IMG/VR virus record: IMGVR_UViG_2630968701_000001 | DNA length: 64,000 nt | Direction: 5' to 3' (one strand) | Origin: an uncultured virus (IMG/VR IMGVR_UViG_2630968701_000001) | Taxonomy: Duplodnaviria; Heunggongvirae; Uroviricota; Caudoviricetes | Part shown: positions 42,742-52,870 of the stretch, in pieces | How the letters are laid out: the number at the start of each line of letters is the position of its first letter | Numbering within the stretch: the stretch's first letter is position 1 | The notes under the pieces: model-generated | What the model was told of the DNA's origin: nothing | What the model saw: only the letters and a program-made list of their open reading frames with translations | The model's database searches: none | Translations under genes and position numbers: made by a program

Positions 42742-42804
42742 AAGACGGAATGTCTTTATTGTGAAGAGGAAAAGAAGATGGGAGCGTGACGACGCTCCTT
42801 TTTT
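42742..42804 (+). ncRNA. Candidate approx. 60 nt small RNA
   Basis: Consensus promoter, 5' hairpin AAGAC-GGAAT-GTCTT, terminator GGAGCGT-GACG-ACGCTCC-T6, no usable ORF. Confidence 0.6.
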
Positions 42805-42879
42805 ATATGTGAAAATTATTTTCCAGAAAATCTCTCATATTTATAATAACAAGATAAATATAGGAGAAAGGAGAAACTT

Positions 42880-43008
42880 ATGGATAGACCAATCGCAGGA
42901 GCTGTAAACGGAACAGTGATCCAGAGTGCACAGTGTTTATATGGAAAAGTAATCCGTGCTTATGATCCACGTTTTTACGGTAGAAAAGACAATAAAAAGA
43001 AAAGATGA
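42880..43008 (+). CDS. 42 aa basic small protein (below ORF-track cutoff)
   Basis: MDRPIAGAVNGTVIQSAQCLYGKVIRAYDPRFYGRKDNKKKR; AAGGAG RBS; full motif at 42805-42840; hairpin after stop. Confidence 0.75.
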   Translation: MDRPIAGAVNGTVIQSAQCLYGKVIRAYDPRFYGRKDNKKKR

Positions 43009-43037
43009 GATTTTTCATAACCTCATCTTTTTTTTGA

Positions 43038-43673
43038 CTATCTGAATTTTTTAATAAATCTTATAACAAATGTTAAGATACCAATTGCTAAAATAAATCC
43101 TATCGCAAAAGTAATCCAAAAATTACGCTCTGATGTTTTGTCTGTTTTATTAACAACACTACTTTTCTTATGATTCTGTTGTTTCTTTTCTTTTTTTACA
43201 TCTTGCTGAACTTGATAAATCTTTTCACGATCTTCCTTACTTTCAGAATCATCTTTCAATGCTCCAAAAACGACATCGACAACTTTAGCAGCAGAGCGAT
43301 CTGTGATTGAAAATTTTATATTTTCTGGAGAAAAGTTTCCTGTCCAATCATTGTCTGCTCCACCTTCTTCAATTTCATAATCGCCAATCGGAAGTTTTCC
43401 TTTTGCAACATATTTGTTTCTTTTAGAAAAATTAAATGAAAAACGTTCTGATGTTTTTTGATTTACTGCGGTGATATAAAAGAATTGTTTATCTGTCTCT
43501 CCTTTTACTTGTCCCTTAAATATAACATCAGCATATTCATTTTCATCGTGCCTCAATTCATCAACGTCTCCTCCAGTCATCCCAACTTTTTTATTAGCTG
43601 ATACACTTACGGGAGATAATGTAAAACACATACAAAACACAACCATTGCAAATTTCTTTATTAATTGCTTCAT
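43038..43673 (-). CDS. Secreted, C-terminally anchored protein
   Basis: Signal peptide and C-terminal TM helix. Confidence 0.75.
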   Translation of the reverse strand: MKQLIKKFAMVVFCMCFTLSPVSVSANKKVGMTGGDVDELRHDENEYADVIFKGQVKGETDKQFFYITAVNQKTSERFSFNFSKRNKYVAKGKLPIGDYEIEEGGADNDWTGNFSPENIKFSITDRSAAKVVDVVFGALKDDSESKEDREKIYQVQQDVKKEKKQQNHKKSSVVNKTDKTSERNFWITFAIGFILAIGILTFVIRFIKKFR

Positions 43674-44905
43674 TACTTATTACCTACCTTTCTGAAATGT
43701 CTCTGAATGATCTTAGACTCTTCTTCTGACAATTTTTGCCCATTTCGGAATACAAATCCATCAATTGAGAATTGATCCTTTTCCGGAATTTCAATGTGTG
43801 ATTCTAAATACACATCAACGATCCTCTTTAAGATATAATTGATCCTTTCATAATCCTTTTCATATACAATGATTGGAATACTGTCGAAATCGGCTCCTGA
43901 AAAATGATGCTCATAATCGATACTGTAAATAATATTTTCCATCTCTGCACATTGCTGCCAGTAGCTCCATTGTGATTTTGGTAACTGGCATACATAAATT
44001 GGTGCTGTTTCAAACATTGTAGAACTATTCTCAAACACAGCTCCATCACAATAGATCCGATTATAAACTTCATCGTATTTCATCTTCATAACACTTGGAA
44101 TAGAAATTCTCCAAATATCCTCATTTTGTTCATTCAATTCCCATGGATTGTTTTTTTGTTTTTTAAACATATCCTGTTTATAATCATGAAAAATCTTGTC
44201 TGCAGAATACACAAATCGTACTGGATTTACTGAAAACCATCGCTCAATCTTTTGGTAATCACTATCTTTCACATAAATGTGTTCTACATCATCAAATCTT
44301 TCATGAATATATTTCGAAGATACATGGGCTAAATTCTCATGAAATAAGAATTTTATACGGTTTTTTAATTTTCCATTTGTCGTATCATACTGAACTGTTT
44401 GTTTATAATTCTCCCATTTTGATGTAACTTTTTCCTGTGTCTTTTTAATAAAAGTTACCAATAATGCTTGAAATTTAATTTTATCATCTGGAAACCAATT
44501 ATTAATGTATTTCTCATATACATCTAAAATATCATTTGCATTTTCCGGATCAATACGTTCTGGAATCCTTGTGTCATCATACCATTTGTAAGCATGTTTA
44601 ATCCCCTCCAGCCTTCTTGCTGTTTGTGCGATGTTGAGAAAGTCTTTTAAGTAATTATCCTCACTGACTTGGAAGATTGTCTGATATGGATAAACATATC
44701 CTGGATAAAAAGCTTGATCACACAGAATTTTAGGAATTAATTTTGGATTAGGGACAAAATATTTTTCTTTGTATCGATCAGATACTCCAAGACATACATA
44801 TCCCTCTCCTTGCTCTCCGATCACAAATTTGGCGCAGATATCGTAGTTTTTCTGTAATGCTGCAATTTCTTTTGCAATATATTTTAAATCAGATTCATAA
44901 AACAT
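43673..44905 (-). CDS. Hypothetical protein
   Basis: 410 aa ORF with AAGGAG RBS. Confidence 0.75.
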   Translation of the reverse strand: MFYESDLKYIAKEIAALQKNYDICAKFVIGEQGEGYVCLGVSDRYKEKYFVPNPKLIPKILCDQAFYPGYVYPYQTIFQVSEDNYLKDFLNIAQTARRLEGIKHAYKWYDDTRIPERIDPENANDILDVYEKYINNWFPDDKIKFQALLVTFIKKTQEKVTSKWENYKQTVQYDTTNGKLKNRIKFLFHENLAHVSSKYIHERFDDVEHIYVKDSDYQKIERWFSVNPVRFVYSADKIFHDYKQDMFKKQKNNPWELNEQNEDIWRISIPSVMKMKYDEVYNRIYCDGAVFENSSTMFETAPIYVCQLPKSQWSYWQQCAEMENIIYSIDYEHHFSGADFDSIPIIVYEKDYERINYILKRIVDVYLESHIEIPEKDQFSIDGFVFRNGQKLSEEESKIIQRHFRKVGNK

Positions 44906-44985
44906 ATTTTTTTTCTCCTTTCGTCTGTTTGTTATATAGTAAATATGACGATTCGAAACACTGCATAAATGGAAAAGAGAAAGGC

Positions 44986-45603
44986 TTATCTGCCTCTCTC
45001 CTTTTGTTTCTTTTTACGAAGTTCTGCACGTTTTTCTTCACGTTCTTTCTCATACTCTTTTTCTTCCCAGTATTTCTGTTCAAAGTATGCTTTTGCTTCT
45101 TCTTCTTTTTTGATCTGCTGATTGATCGCGGAAAGATCGATCTGATCTGTTTCGTTGATCGTGAAAGATTTGTTTTCAAACAGCAATTCGATATATGCCC
45201 CTGTATCATCCTTATAAGTACGGAACATTAAAAGATTTACACATGTCATATAATAGCGCCCTTCATAATATGTAGGGACGATTGTAATGATCAGTGCTGG
45301 AAAATCTTTTCTTTCTTCATTCGCTGCATAATCATCCATATCAGCTTCGTATTTTGACAAAAAATAAGACAACCTGCGATAATCAGCATTTTTCTCATCA
45401 ATGAACTTTAACTGGATGTATGAATGACCAAGATTTGTTTTATAACGGATCTCTGGTCCAAAGATTGTCATTTCCGTCACACGTTCTGCATGATCTTCCA
45501 TCCAATGCTCATAATTTACATTGACTGCACTCGCAGCCTTTTTGCGATTTTCTGAGAACTGCATATGATCTAGAAATTCTTCAATTGTAATTGTATCGTT
45601 CAA
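44986..45603 (-). CDS. Hypothetical protein downstream of virB4
   Basis: TTG start with AAGGAG RBS. Confidence 0.7.
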   Translation of the reverse strand: MNDTITIEEFLDHMQFSENRKKAASAVNVNYEHWMEDHAERVTEMTIFGPEIRYKTNLGHSYIQLKFIDEKNADYRRLSYFLSKYEADMDDYAANEERKDFPALIITIVPTYYEGRYYMTCVNLLMFRTYKDDTGAYIELLFENKSFTINETDQIDLSAINQQIKKEEEAKAYFEQKYWEEKEYEKEREEKRAELRKKKQKERGR

Positions 45604-45626
45604 AAGATTTTCTCCTTTCTAAGTAA

Positions 45627-48092
45627 TTAAGAAGTCAGAGATACTTCTCCTACTTTCGTTGTCATTGCCTTATACAATTTTGTATTCGTTGGGAATTTAT
45701 TTGTAAATGGCACAATTGTTTTTCCAGTGTATAAAATGCCCTGTCCTGAATCAGCATTTGTGATATATTCACATTGCGCGTCAGAAATGTTATACATTGC
45801 TGCTAATTCATTACGATCCAGTGGTGCTTGATTTAACATTAAAACAAAGTCACAGTTATTTAAGATCGTTCTTGCTTCTGCAGATTTTAATAAGTCTTCC
45901 ACGTTCTGAGTCATTCCAGTTGGAATTCCACCCCACTTACGAGCTCTCTTATAGATAGATTGTAAGAATTTTGCAGACGTATCTGTTTGAGTCAAGATAT
46001 GCATCTCATCCACATAGAACCATGTACGTTTTCCTTTTGCTTTGTTCTGAATAACACGATTCCAGACATCATTTAAACATACCTGCAATCCCATATTCTT
46101 CATACTTGATCCGATATCTTTAATATCATAAACAATAAATCTGTTTTCAAGGTTAACATTGGTACGCTTCGCAAAGATATCCTGAGAACCAATCGCATAT
46201 AATTCCAGAGATGTCGCTAAAGACTGAGCTTCTGGATCCGGCTGTTTCATTAGCTCCTCATATAAATCCTCTAAAACAGGGGATGCTTTTCGATCACATG
46301 TTCCACCCTGATATGTCTGCATATGCTCTACATAATCTTTATAAATGTTCTTCGTACAACGGTCGATGATACTTACTTCATTTGGAGACAATCCAAATCT
46401 TGCGCGGCTGATTGTTTCAAACAGAGAGGAAATGAAGTCTGACTTTAATGTAACCGGATCATCTCCTTCATCAGCATAGTTCATATCCATATCTAATGGA
46501 TTGATGTGAACTTTTGAACCAGATGAAATCTTGATCACTTCTCCGCCAAACAGTTTTGCTAATGGGCTATACTCGCCCTCTGGATCGATAATCAGGATCT
46601 CATCATTCGTATTCAGGAAAACATTTGTGATCTCCTGTTTTGCTGCAAATGATTTACCTGCACCTGGCGTACCTAAGATAACGCCATTGGCATTCTTGCT
46701 CTTTAAACGATTATAAAGGATCAGGTTATTCGTAACTGTATTGATACCATAGTATAATCCACCTGGTTGAACCATTTCCTCTGTGACGAAAGGAATAAAG
46801 ATTGACGCACATTCTGTTGTTAACAGTCGGTCCGTAAATACTTTATTATTGCATAATGGAAGAACTGTCGAAAATGCTGATTCCTGTGCATAGCTAAAAT
46901 TACTGATCGGGCATAAATGTTTAGAAACAATTGTCTTTAATGTTTCCTCATATTTATCCATTTCTTCCTCATTATCCGCAAGCAACATAATCACAATCGT
47001 TACACTAAACATTTTCTGATTTCGACTTGTCATATCCTGAATCAGTTTTTCTGTATCATCCTTTGCTTTCTTTAAGCTTGGAGAGATTAGATCCTGAGAA
47101 TACCCGCTTCGATTTGCTTTTTTCTGCGATTCCACAATATTTGCGTTGATATTTGTCATTTGATTACGAACCATTTTCATGCTCTTATCCTGACGTAGTG
47201 GCTGATAAATGATAGAAGTCACTGCATTACATGGGATATCACAGACATCAGCAAGCATATCTGTTGTTAAGAATGTAGGAAGATTCTTAATGTAATACAA
47301 TTTTCCAATGCGGTTTCCTAAATCTACATGATCTTTATGAAATTTCATGTATGACGGACATATCAGATCTTTTGTTGTTAATTTCTGTTTCTTCATCCAT
47401 TTATAATTAATGGATTCTGCTTCAGATTTTCCAAGATTTGCTTTCTGATAAAACGGAATTTCTTTGCTTTCATCATTGATGATCTCATAAAGGATCGCTA
47501 ATCGTTCCATCAAAGATAAAGCTTTTGTGTCTTTCCTTCCAGTGATCTTTTTAATTCCTGATTTGATCTCTGCGTCCATACGATTAAATACAGAAACAGC
47601 TGCATCAATATCATCTGCTTCAATGGATACTGTCAGATATTTATCTCTTCGGAGATTATTTCTTCCTTCTGTGATTTTCTCAAGAAGCATTTCATTATAT
47701 TCTTCTCGATATTCATCCAGCGCTTCCCCCTTTAAGTTCATAAGTATCTTTTCCTTAAATTCTTCCATATCAATATCTCTGTTAAAGATCGTGATCTGTA
47801 AAGAAGCATTATTGTTGAAAGAATTCAGGAAATCCCCAAATGCAATAAAGATCTGATTCTGATCTTCCTGGCTGGCGATCTTAAAATTAATATCTTCTAA
47901 TGCATATGATTTTGAAAATACGCCTTCTTCAATCTCAAAGATTCCATTCTGATAAGCATAGATATAAGGAATTGTCTGTTGCACAGTTTTTGGTACTTTT
48001 GTTTTCTTTTTCTTATTTTTTTTATTCTGTGCTTGTTTACTGTTTTTTGTCTGTTTCTTTGGCTCTTTTTTCTTTTCTTTTTTATTAAACAT
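45627..48092 (-). CDS. virB4: VirB4-like conjugation ATPase
   Basis: TVQQTIPY, GTPGAGKS, IIDPEGEY, YVDEMH, RARKWGG..TG.TQN. Confidence 0.95.
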   Translation of the reverse strand: MFNKKEKKKEPKKQTKNSKQAQNKKNKKKKTKVPKTVQQTIPYIYAYQNGIFEIEEGVFSKSYALEDINFKIASQEDQNQIFIAFGDFLNSFNNNASLQITIFNRDIDMEEFKEKILMNLKGEALDEYREEYNEMLLEKITEGRNNLRRDKYLTVSIEADDIDAAVSVFNRMDAEIKSGIKKITGRKDTKALSLMERLAILYEIINDESKEIPFYQKANLGKSEAESINYKWMKKQKLTTKDLICPSYMKFHKDHVDLGNRIGKLYYIKNLPTFLTTDMLADVCDIPCNAVTSIIYQPLRQDKSMKMVRNQMTNINANIVESQKKANRSGYSQDLISPSLKKAKDDTEKLIQDMTSRNQKMFSVTIVIMLLADNEEEMDKYEETLKTIVSKHLCPISNFSYAQESAFSTVLPLCNNKVFTDRLLTTECASIFIPFVTEEMVQPGGLYYGINTVTNNLILYNRLKSKNANGVILGTPGAGKSFAAKQEITNVFLNTNDEILIIDPEGEYSPLAKLFGGEVIKISSGSKVHINPLDMDMNYADEGDDPVTLKSDFISSLFETISRARFGLSPNEVSIIDRCTKNIYKDYVEHMQTYQGGTCDRKASPVLEDLYEELMKQPDPEAQSLATSLELYAIGSQDIFAKRTNVNLENRFIVYDIKDIGSSMKNMGLQVCLNDVWNRVIQNKAKGKRTWFYVDEMHILTQTDTSAKFLQSIYKRARKWGGIPTGMTQNVEDLLKSAEARTILNNCDFVLMLNQAPLDRNELAAMYNISDAQCEYITNADSGQGILYTGKTIVPFTNKFPTNTKLYKAMTTKVGEVSLTS

Positions 48093-48213
48093 AGTAAAAA
48101 CCTCCTCATATCAAATATGAATTTTTTAAGAAAAAAAATGGATGGTATGAATTTGGAATTTTTTTATGTAAAAAAAAAGACAGATAAGATATTCCTTACC
48201 CGTCTTTGAAGCA

Positions 48214-48600
48214 TTATTTATACGCTTTTATTTTTGATTTCTTTCTTTTCTTCTTCTTTTTCTTTTTTCGTTCTTCCATCAACTGCTTATTGTATGAGTT
48301 TTCTAGCTCATATTTCCGAACCGTTGGTGATAATACCAGTGAAACAAAAGATGCTTTTAGAAAATCTTCCATTTTCATTCCATGTGGTTCGAATATTCCA
48401 CTCATTAAAATAAATGGAATAGCAAATATCATACATGCGATCATTGTTGTATCAGATGTCATAAATGGCTGCAATAGATTATATGCTCCAATAACTGTTC
48501 CACCACCTAAGACTAGGCAAATAACCTGCCTTGTTGTAAATGGTCCAATTAATTTCGTCTTATAATCTCGAATATCCTGATTAATTTCCACTTCAATCAT
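48214..48600 (-). CDS. prgI: PrgI family protein
   Basis: DIRDYKTKLIGPFTTRQ, two TM helices, G.K.E; upstream of virB4. Confidence 0.9.
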   Translation of the reverse strand: MIEVEINQDIRDYKTKLIGPFTTRQVICLVLGGGTVIGAYNLLQPFMTSDTTMIACMIFAIPFILMSGIFEPHGMKMEDFLKASFVSLVLSPTVRKYELENSYNKQLMEERKKKKKKKRKKSKIKAYK

Positions 48601-48616
48601 AAATTTTTTCTCCCTT

Positions 48617-49777
48617 CTATGCTCCGACCAGATCACTAGCAAATTGCTGGCTTCGTACTACCAACATACAAGTACTTAATCCAACAACAACTGCTTTAAA
48701 CATTGTAACCGTATTTTTTCCAATAATCAGACCTTGAATGATTCCTGATACTTGTATAACTAGCATGATAACAGCAGCCTGTAAACAAACACCTAAGAAT
48801 TTTCTTAAATAACGAAATCCTCCAGAATGTGTTCCATCTTGGAAAATATCTGCCATAGAAATCGGCGCTGTTACAGCTCTTACGCCCAATTCAATCATTC
48901 GTCCCCAACAGATCACGATGCATATCATTTTTGATATCCAAGCAAATACCCATGGTAAGAACCACTGTATGATCATTCCTAAATTCCCAATCGTATTTGT
49001 TTCTTGAATTTCTTTTGCATACTGATCCAAAACATTTGATTTAGAAGTCAAACCTTTTGGGTCAGAGGTGATCGCCCCTGCAAGATTACTTCCAACATTG
49101 ATACATCCAGTCAAAATATCCCATCCATTTTCAATCAGGAATTTTGCAATTACGACTTTTAACATTAATTTAAAGAAATGTTCTACAGAGAAGTTATCTT
49201 TTGTTGTTTTGTCGATCAATTCAATCAAGAAAAATAAAACAATCAATGCTTCTCCTACAGGAGAAACAATATCTGTATATACCGGCTTCATGCTTTTCAT
49301 CATGTCTGTTGTTGTGTTTCCTGTAATTACTTCCTTCATGTCTTTTCCTAAAGTTACATTTAATGTATCACAGACCATATCATAACAAACTTTTTCTAAT
49401 GGCTTATCGATTTCAGTCGGGTATTTTCTTCCTTCATCACTGACTTTTGTTTTATCATCTTTTTTATCATCTTTCTTGGCTGCTGTTGTAGATGATGAAG
49501 ATGAATTCGTTCCTGTAGTATTTCCACCAGTGTCTATTCCAGGTTTTCCAGGTGCTGCAGTCGTTGGCTGTTTTACAGCAGTCGTTGTTAAATTTGATCC
49601 AGGACTATCAGGCGTTGCTCCTGTTCCTTTTAAATTCGTCTTATTCCCAGATGTTTCTGTTGAAAAGGAACTTTTCTTTGTCGCCGCCTGAACATTGCTG
49701 AATGGTTGAGTAATCAAAGAAAAAAGGAAGAAGAAAGAGAAAAGAAAAAGAATTTTCTTCATTTGTTTTCGTCTCAC
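48617..49777 (-). CDS. VirB6-like membrane protein with Thr/Ser-rich N-terminal extension
   Basis: GRMIELGVR...API.MA..Y.RKFLGVCLQ; several TM helices. Confidence 0.8.
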   Translation of the reverse strand: MRRKQMKKILFLFSFFFLFSLITQPFSNVQAATKKSSFSTETSGNKTNLKGTGATPDSPGSNLTTTAVKQPTTAAPGKPGIDTGGNTTGTNSSSSSTTAAKKDDKKDDKTKVSDEGRKYPTEIDKPLEKVCYDMVCDTLNVTLGKDMKEVITGNTTTDMMKSMKPVYTDIVSPVGEALIVLFFLIELIDKTTKDNFSVEHFFKLMLKVVIAKFLIENGWDILTGCINVGSNLAGAITSDPKGLTSKSNVLDQYAKEIQETNTIGNLGMIIQWFLPWVFAWISKMICIVICWGRMIELGVRAVTAPISMADIFQDGTHSGGFRYLRKFLGVCLQAAVIMLVIQVSGIIQGLIIGKNTVTMFKAVVVGLSTCMLVVRSQQFASDLVGA

Positions 49778-49793
49778 TTTTCTTACTTCCTTT

Positions 49794-50084
49794 CTAACTC
49801 ATAAGTCCCTTTAATCCATATAAAAAAAGTCCAACACAGATTTGCATAATACGTTTCCCGATTGCATCAGAATTTTCAGATCGCATGTCTAAGATAAACA
49901 TTCCTACTGCATAAATCGTGATTAAAAAACCAGCCGCTTGAATTGGTTTATAAAGGCTATTTACAAGTTTGTTTACCTGATTTACAGCAGCTTGTGTCCC
50001 TGCAAATATATTTGAGAACACAGGATACATTCCAAGAAGAAATGAAGAAAGATATTTTTTTTCATATTTCTTAATTTCTTTCAT
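49794..50084 (-). CDS. VirB2/pilin-like membrane protein
   Basis: Two hydrophobic helices around SENSD. Confidence 0.6.
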   Translation of the reverse strand: MKEIKKYEKKYLSSFLLGMYPVFSNIFAGTQAAVNQVNKLVNSLYKPIQAAGFLITIYAVGMFILDMRSENSDAIGKRIMQICVGLFLYGLKGLMS

Positions 50085-50105
50085 TAATATCTCCTTTTAG
50101 ATTTT

Positions 50106-50465
50106 TTAAAGTGATGGTGCAGTTAAATGTAATGCTCCTGCGATGGTTGGGAAAGCATATAATGCTATTCCTGCGACAATGCTCATAATCGCTCTGGATT
50201 TGCTATCAGAATCTTCATTTTTAAATGCGAGAACTAATTGTCCAATGCCCCAAATAGTCAACACAAAGCCAATGGATTTAAATAGGGCATATACAATTTT
50301 TTGTACATTTCCCATAACACTAGACAAAGATGGGTCATCTGCATAACAAACGTTTCCAACCATTCCACCAAAAATGACTCCTGTTGAGCAAAGAACTGGA
50401 TACATTTTCTCCATTACCTGCTCTTTCATTGTGTTTAATGATAATCGTTTCTTTTCCATTAACAT
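50106..50465 (-). CDS. VirB2/pilin-like membrane protein
   Basis: IG..L..WG..QL.LAFKNEDSDSKSRA.M..VAG. Confidence 0.75.
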   Translation of the reverse strand: MLMEKKRLSLNTMKEQVMEKMYPVLCSTGVIFGGMVGNVCYADDPSLSSVMGNVQKIVYALFKSIGFVLTIWGIGQLVLAFKNEDSDSKSRAIMSIVAGIALYAFPTIAGALHLTAPSL

Positions 50466-50656
50466 GTTTCTCCTTTCTCAAAAAATTTCCATATGTTTTT
50501 ATGGATCTTAAGAAATCTTTTCTAAGTATTTTCAAACTTATCAGTAAGACTTCTTTCAATCCTCACTTTAAATATGAGATTTTTGAGAAAAAATATTGGC
50601 GACTTCTCTGGGCAAAAAAAATAAGCAGTGTAATTGCTGCCTATTCCTATTTTGTA

Positions 50657-51616
50657 TTATTCTTTGTATTTGTAATCGATGATATTTTTAACCAATCGGA
50701 TACAAACCAAACATTGATCTTCTTTTAATTTATATGCCATATCCATTACTTCTTTTATTAAATTTGGATATTTCTTTTTTCTTTTGCGAAAAAGCTGAAA
50801 GCAACTTTTTAATACTATTTTCATGTCTTCTTTCTGATTATCAATTATTGTTTTTGTTTCTTTTCCACTTAGGAATACTGTTAGATCACAAAACGCCATA
50901 CTTGCCGTAAATCCAGAAATTCCTACTTCCATATTATTTTCTTTGTATTTTGCAATATCATTGATTGTAAAGATACATTGCATATCACTTAGATGCATGA
51001 CAGAAAACATGAGTTCCAATTTTGGGATCATCCCGATCTTTTCAATCTGAGGGATGATAAAGTTTATTTCCGTATGTGTTCTTCCGCACTTTTTCATATC
51101 ACAGTCAAATTCTTCCAGAAGATCAAAAATATCAGAAATCAGTTCTCCAATTTGATTATTTTTTGCAGAGTCGTTACTTGGAAAAATAAATAATGCACTA
51201 GGAGCATTCCCGATCATTCGATACTGTTTTCGATCTTCATTAGTTAACTCAATATCGTCTTTCTTTAAATCTCGAACTAAGATATTATAGTCTGCTTGTT
51301 CTAATACAGCTTTCTTTTGTCCATATATTCTTCCGAATGGATCAAGTATCACATAGCTATTAAATCCAATTTGAATATTAGGAAGAATAATAGAATCTTC
51401 TTGTTCTTTCAGACTTCCACCAAATACACAGACATGATTCGCACGAAGTGTTTTGTTCCAATCCTTTGAAAATTTAACATTTTTACTAAGTACTGTGTTT
51501 CTATCATTGCTCCTTACATATTGCCATTGCGTAGGGTTAACATATTTTTTGTTATATTTCTTCCAAAAACGTTTCTCTTTTTGTTTATCAATTTTGTGTT
51601 TAATCTTATTTAGCAT
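50657..51616 (-). CDS. Degenerate VirD4 paralogue 3
   Basis: KTLRANHVCVFGGS..ILPNI...SYVILDP.G; Walker A GKS absent; no TM. Confidence 0.8.
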   Translation of the reverse strand: MLNKIKHKIDKQKEKRFWKKYNKKYVNPTQWQYVRSNDRNTVLSKNVKFSKDWNKTLRANHVCVFGGSLKEQEDSIILPNIQIGFNSYVILDPFGRIYGQKKAVLEQADYNILVRDLKKDDIELTNEDRKQYRMIGNAPSALFIFPSNDSAKNNQIGELISDIFDLLEEFDCDMKKCGRTHTEINFIIPQIEKIGMIPKLELMFSVMHLSDMQCIFTINDIAKYKENNMEVGISGFTASMAFCDLTVFLSGKETKTIIDNQKEDMKIVLKSCFQLFRKRKKKYPNLIKEVMDMAYKLKEDQCLVCIRLVKNIIDYKYKE

Positions 51617-51618
51617 TT

Positions 51619-51804
51619 TTATTTTATACTCCTTTCTCTCCCGTTTTTTATATTGTTCATTCTATTTTTTTTATCATCTTCTAAATCAATGAACATAACA
51701 ATAATGCTAAGAATTAATGTTAAAAAGAATATAAATACTGTATATAGACAATATAAAAAATATGGGATTATTATTAGTTTCAAGATTGTAAGAATCATAT
51801 TCAT
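51619..51804 (-). CDS. Small hydrophobic protein
   Basis: MNMILTILK..., GGAGG RBS. Confidence 0.55.
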   Translation of the reverse strand: MNMILTILKLIIIPYFLYCLYTVFIFFLTLILSIIVMFIDLEDDKKNRMNNIKNGRERSIK

Positions 51805-51923
51805 TTCAAACCCTCCTATGCCTTGTTTGAATATCTTACCATTCATTATAAATATGAGATTTTTGACAAAAAAAATAGGCAGACATTTCTGTCCACCCAT
51901 TCTTATGTAATAGGAATTGCACT

Positions 51924-52753
51924 TTACAGAACATCGTCAATCATGAAATCCTGTTTGCACACAATGACTGCACATTTTCCTACTGGAAGTGTTTTTAACA
52001 AAAACAGTCTTTCGTAACAATCTGTTTTTCTTTCATATCACAATGAAGCAAGAGTTCGTATTCTGCTGTCTCTCTCTGAATATCTTTCCTCAGTACTTTT
52101 CCTCCAAAGAAAACATACTGATCAAAGAAATCATGTGTTAACTGCAAAGAAATGCTGCTACCATCGAACAATGAAAAAGCGTCCTCTACAAAATCTGTCG
52201 TGCAAATGCAGTCGATACCATATTTATGTAAGATGTAATAGGCTGACTGATGTGCTGCAAAGAAATTGAGTTTGTATTTTTTTATCAGTTCCATAGGAAG
52301 AATGACATTAATCCTATGTTTCTTTTGCTTATTTTCTTCACGGCAGCTCATTGATAACTGCAAAATCTCGGGCATGAACTGATCTGCATTTTTATTGTCT
52401 GCTTGAATGAAGAAAGCCATTTTCTCATTTTCTTTCATTTCCTCAGGATATTCTTTGATCTGATATCCTCTTTGCACGAGCATATCTTTTGTTTCATTTA
52501 AGATCTGATGATTCTCATCTAGCACAATGAAATTTTGATCTGAATTTCTCATATTTTCAGTAATGATTGAAGGAATACCTTCTTTGATGCTTCCGACTCC
52601 AAGTGCTAATACATTATTGTGTCGCTTTGTAATCGAAAAATCATGTGTCATAGCAATGTTCTTACTCAGTAGCAAATTCTTTTCTGGATTCTTTTGATCA
52701 CAGAATTTTTTATTAAATTGTTTGATTGTTGTTTCGTTTGACTTTTTAAGCAT
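51924..52753 (-). CDS. Degenerate VirD4 paralogue 2, frameshift near 52025
   Basis: TKRHNNVLALG..NFIVLD..GYQIK; family C-terminus LPVGKCAVIV...IDDVL lies in the adjacent frame. Confidence 0.75.
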
Positions 52754-52870
52754 AATAGTCTCCTTTCAAAATTAAAAAATAGTTTCTTTCGAAGGTCTTT
52801 TTACCCTTCTACTTATATATTCTTCGATTTTTTTTTAAACGAAACTAAAATCCAAAACTTTTTTCATTTT

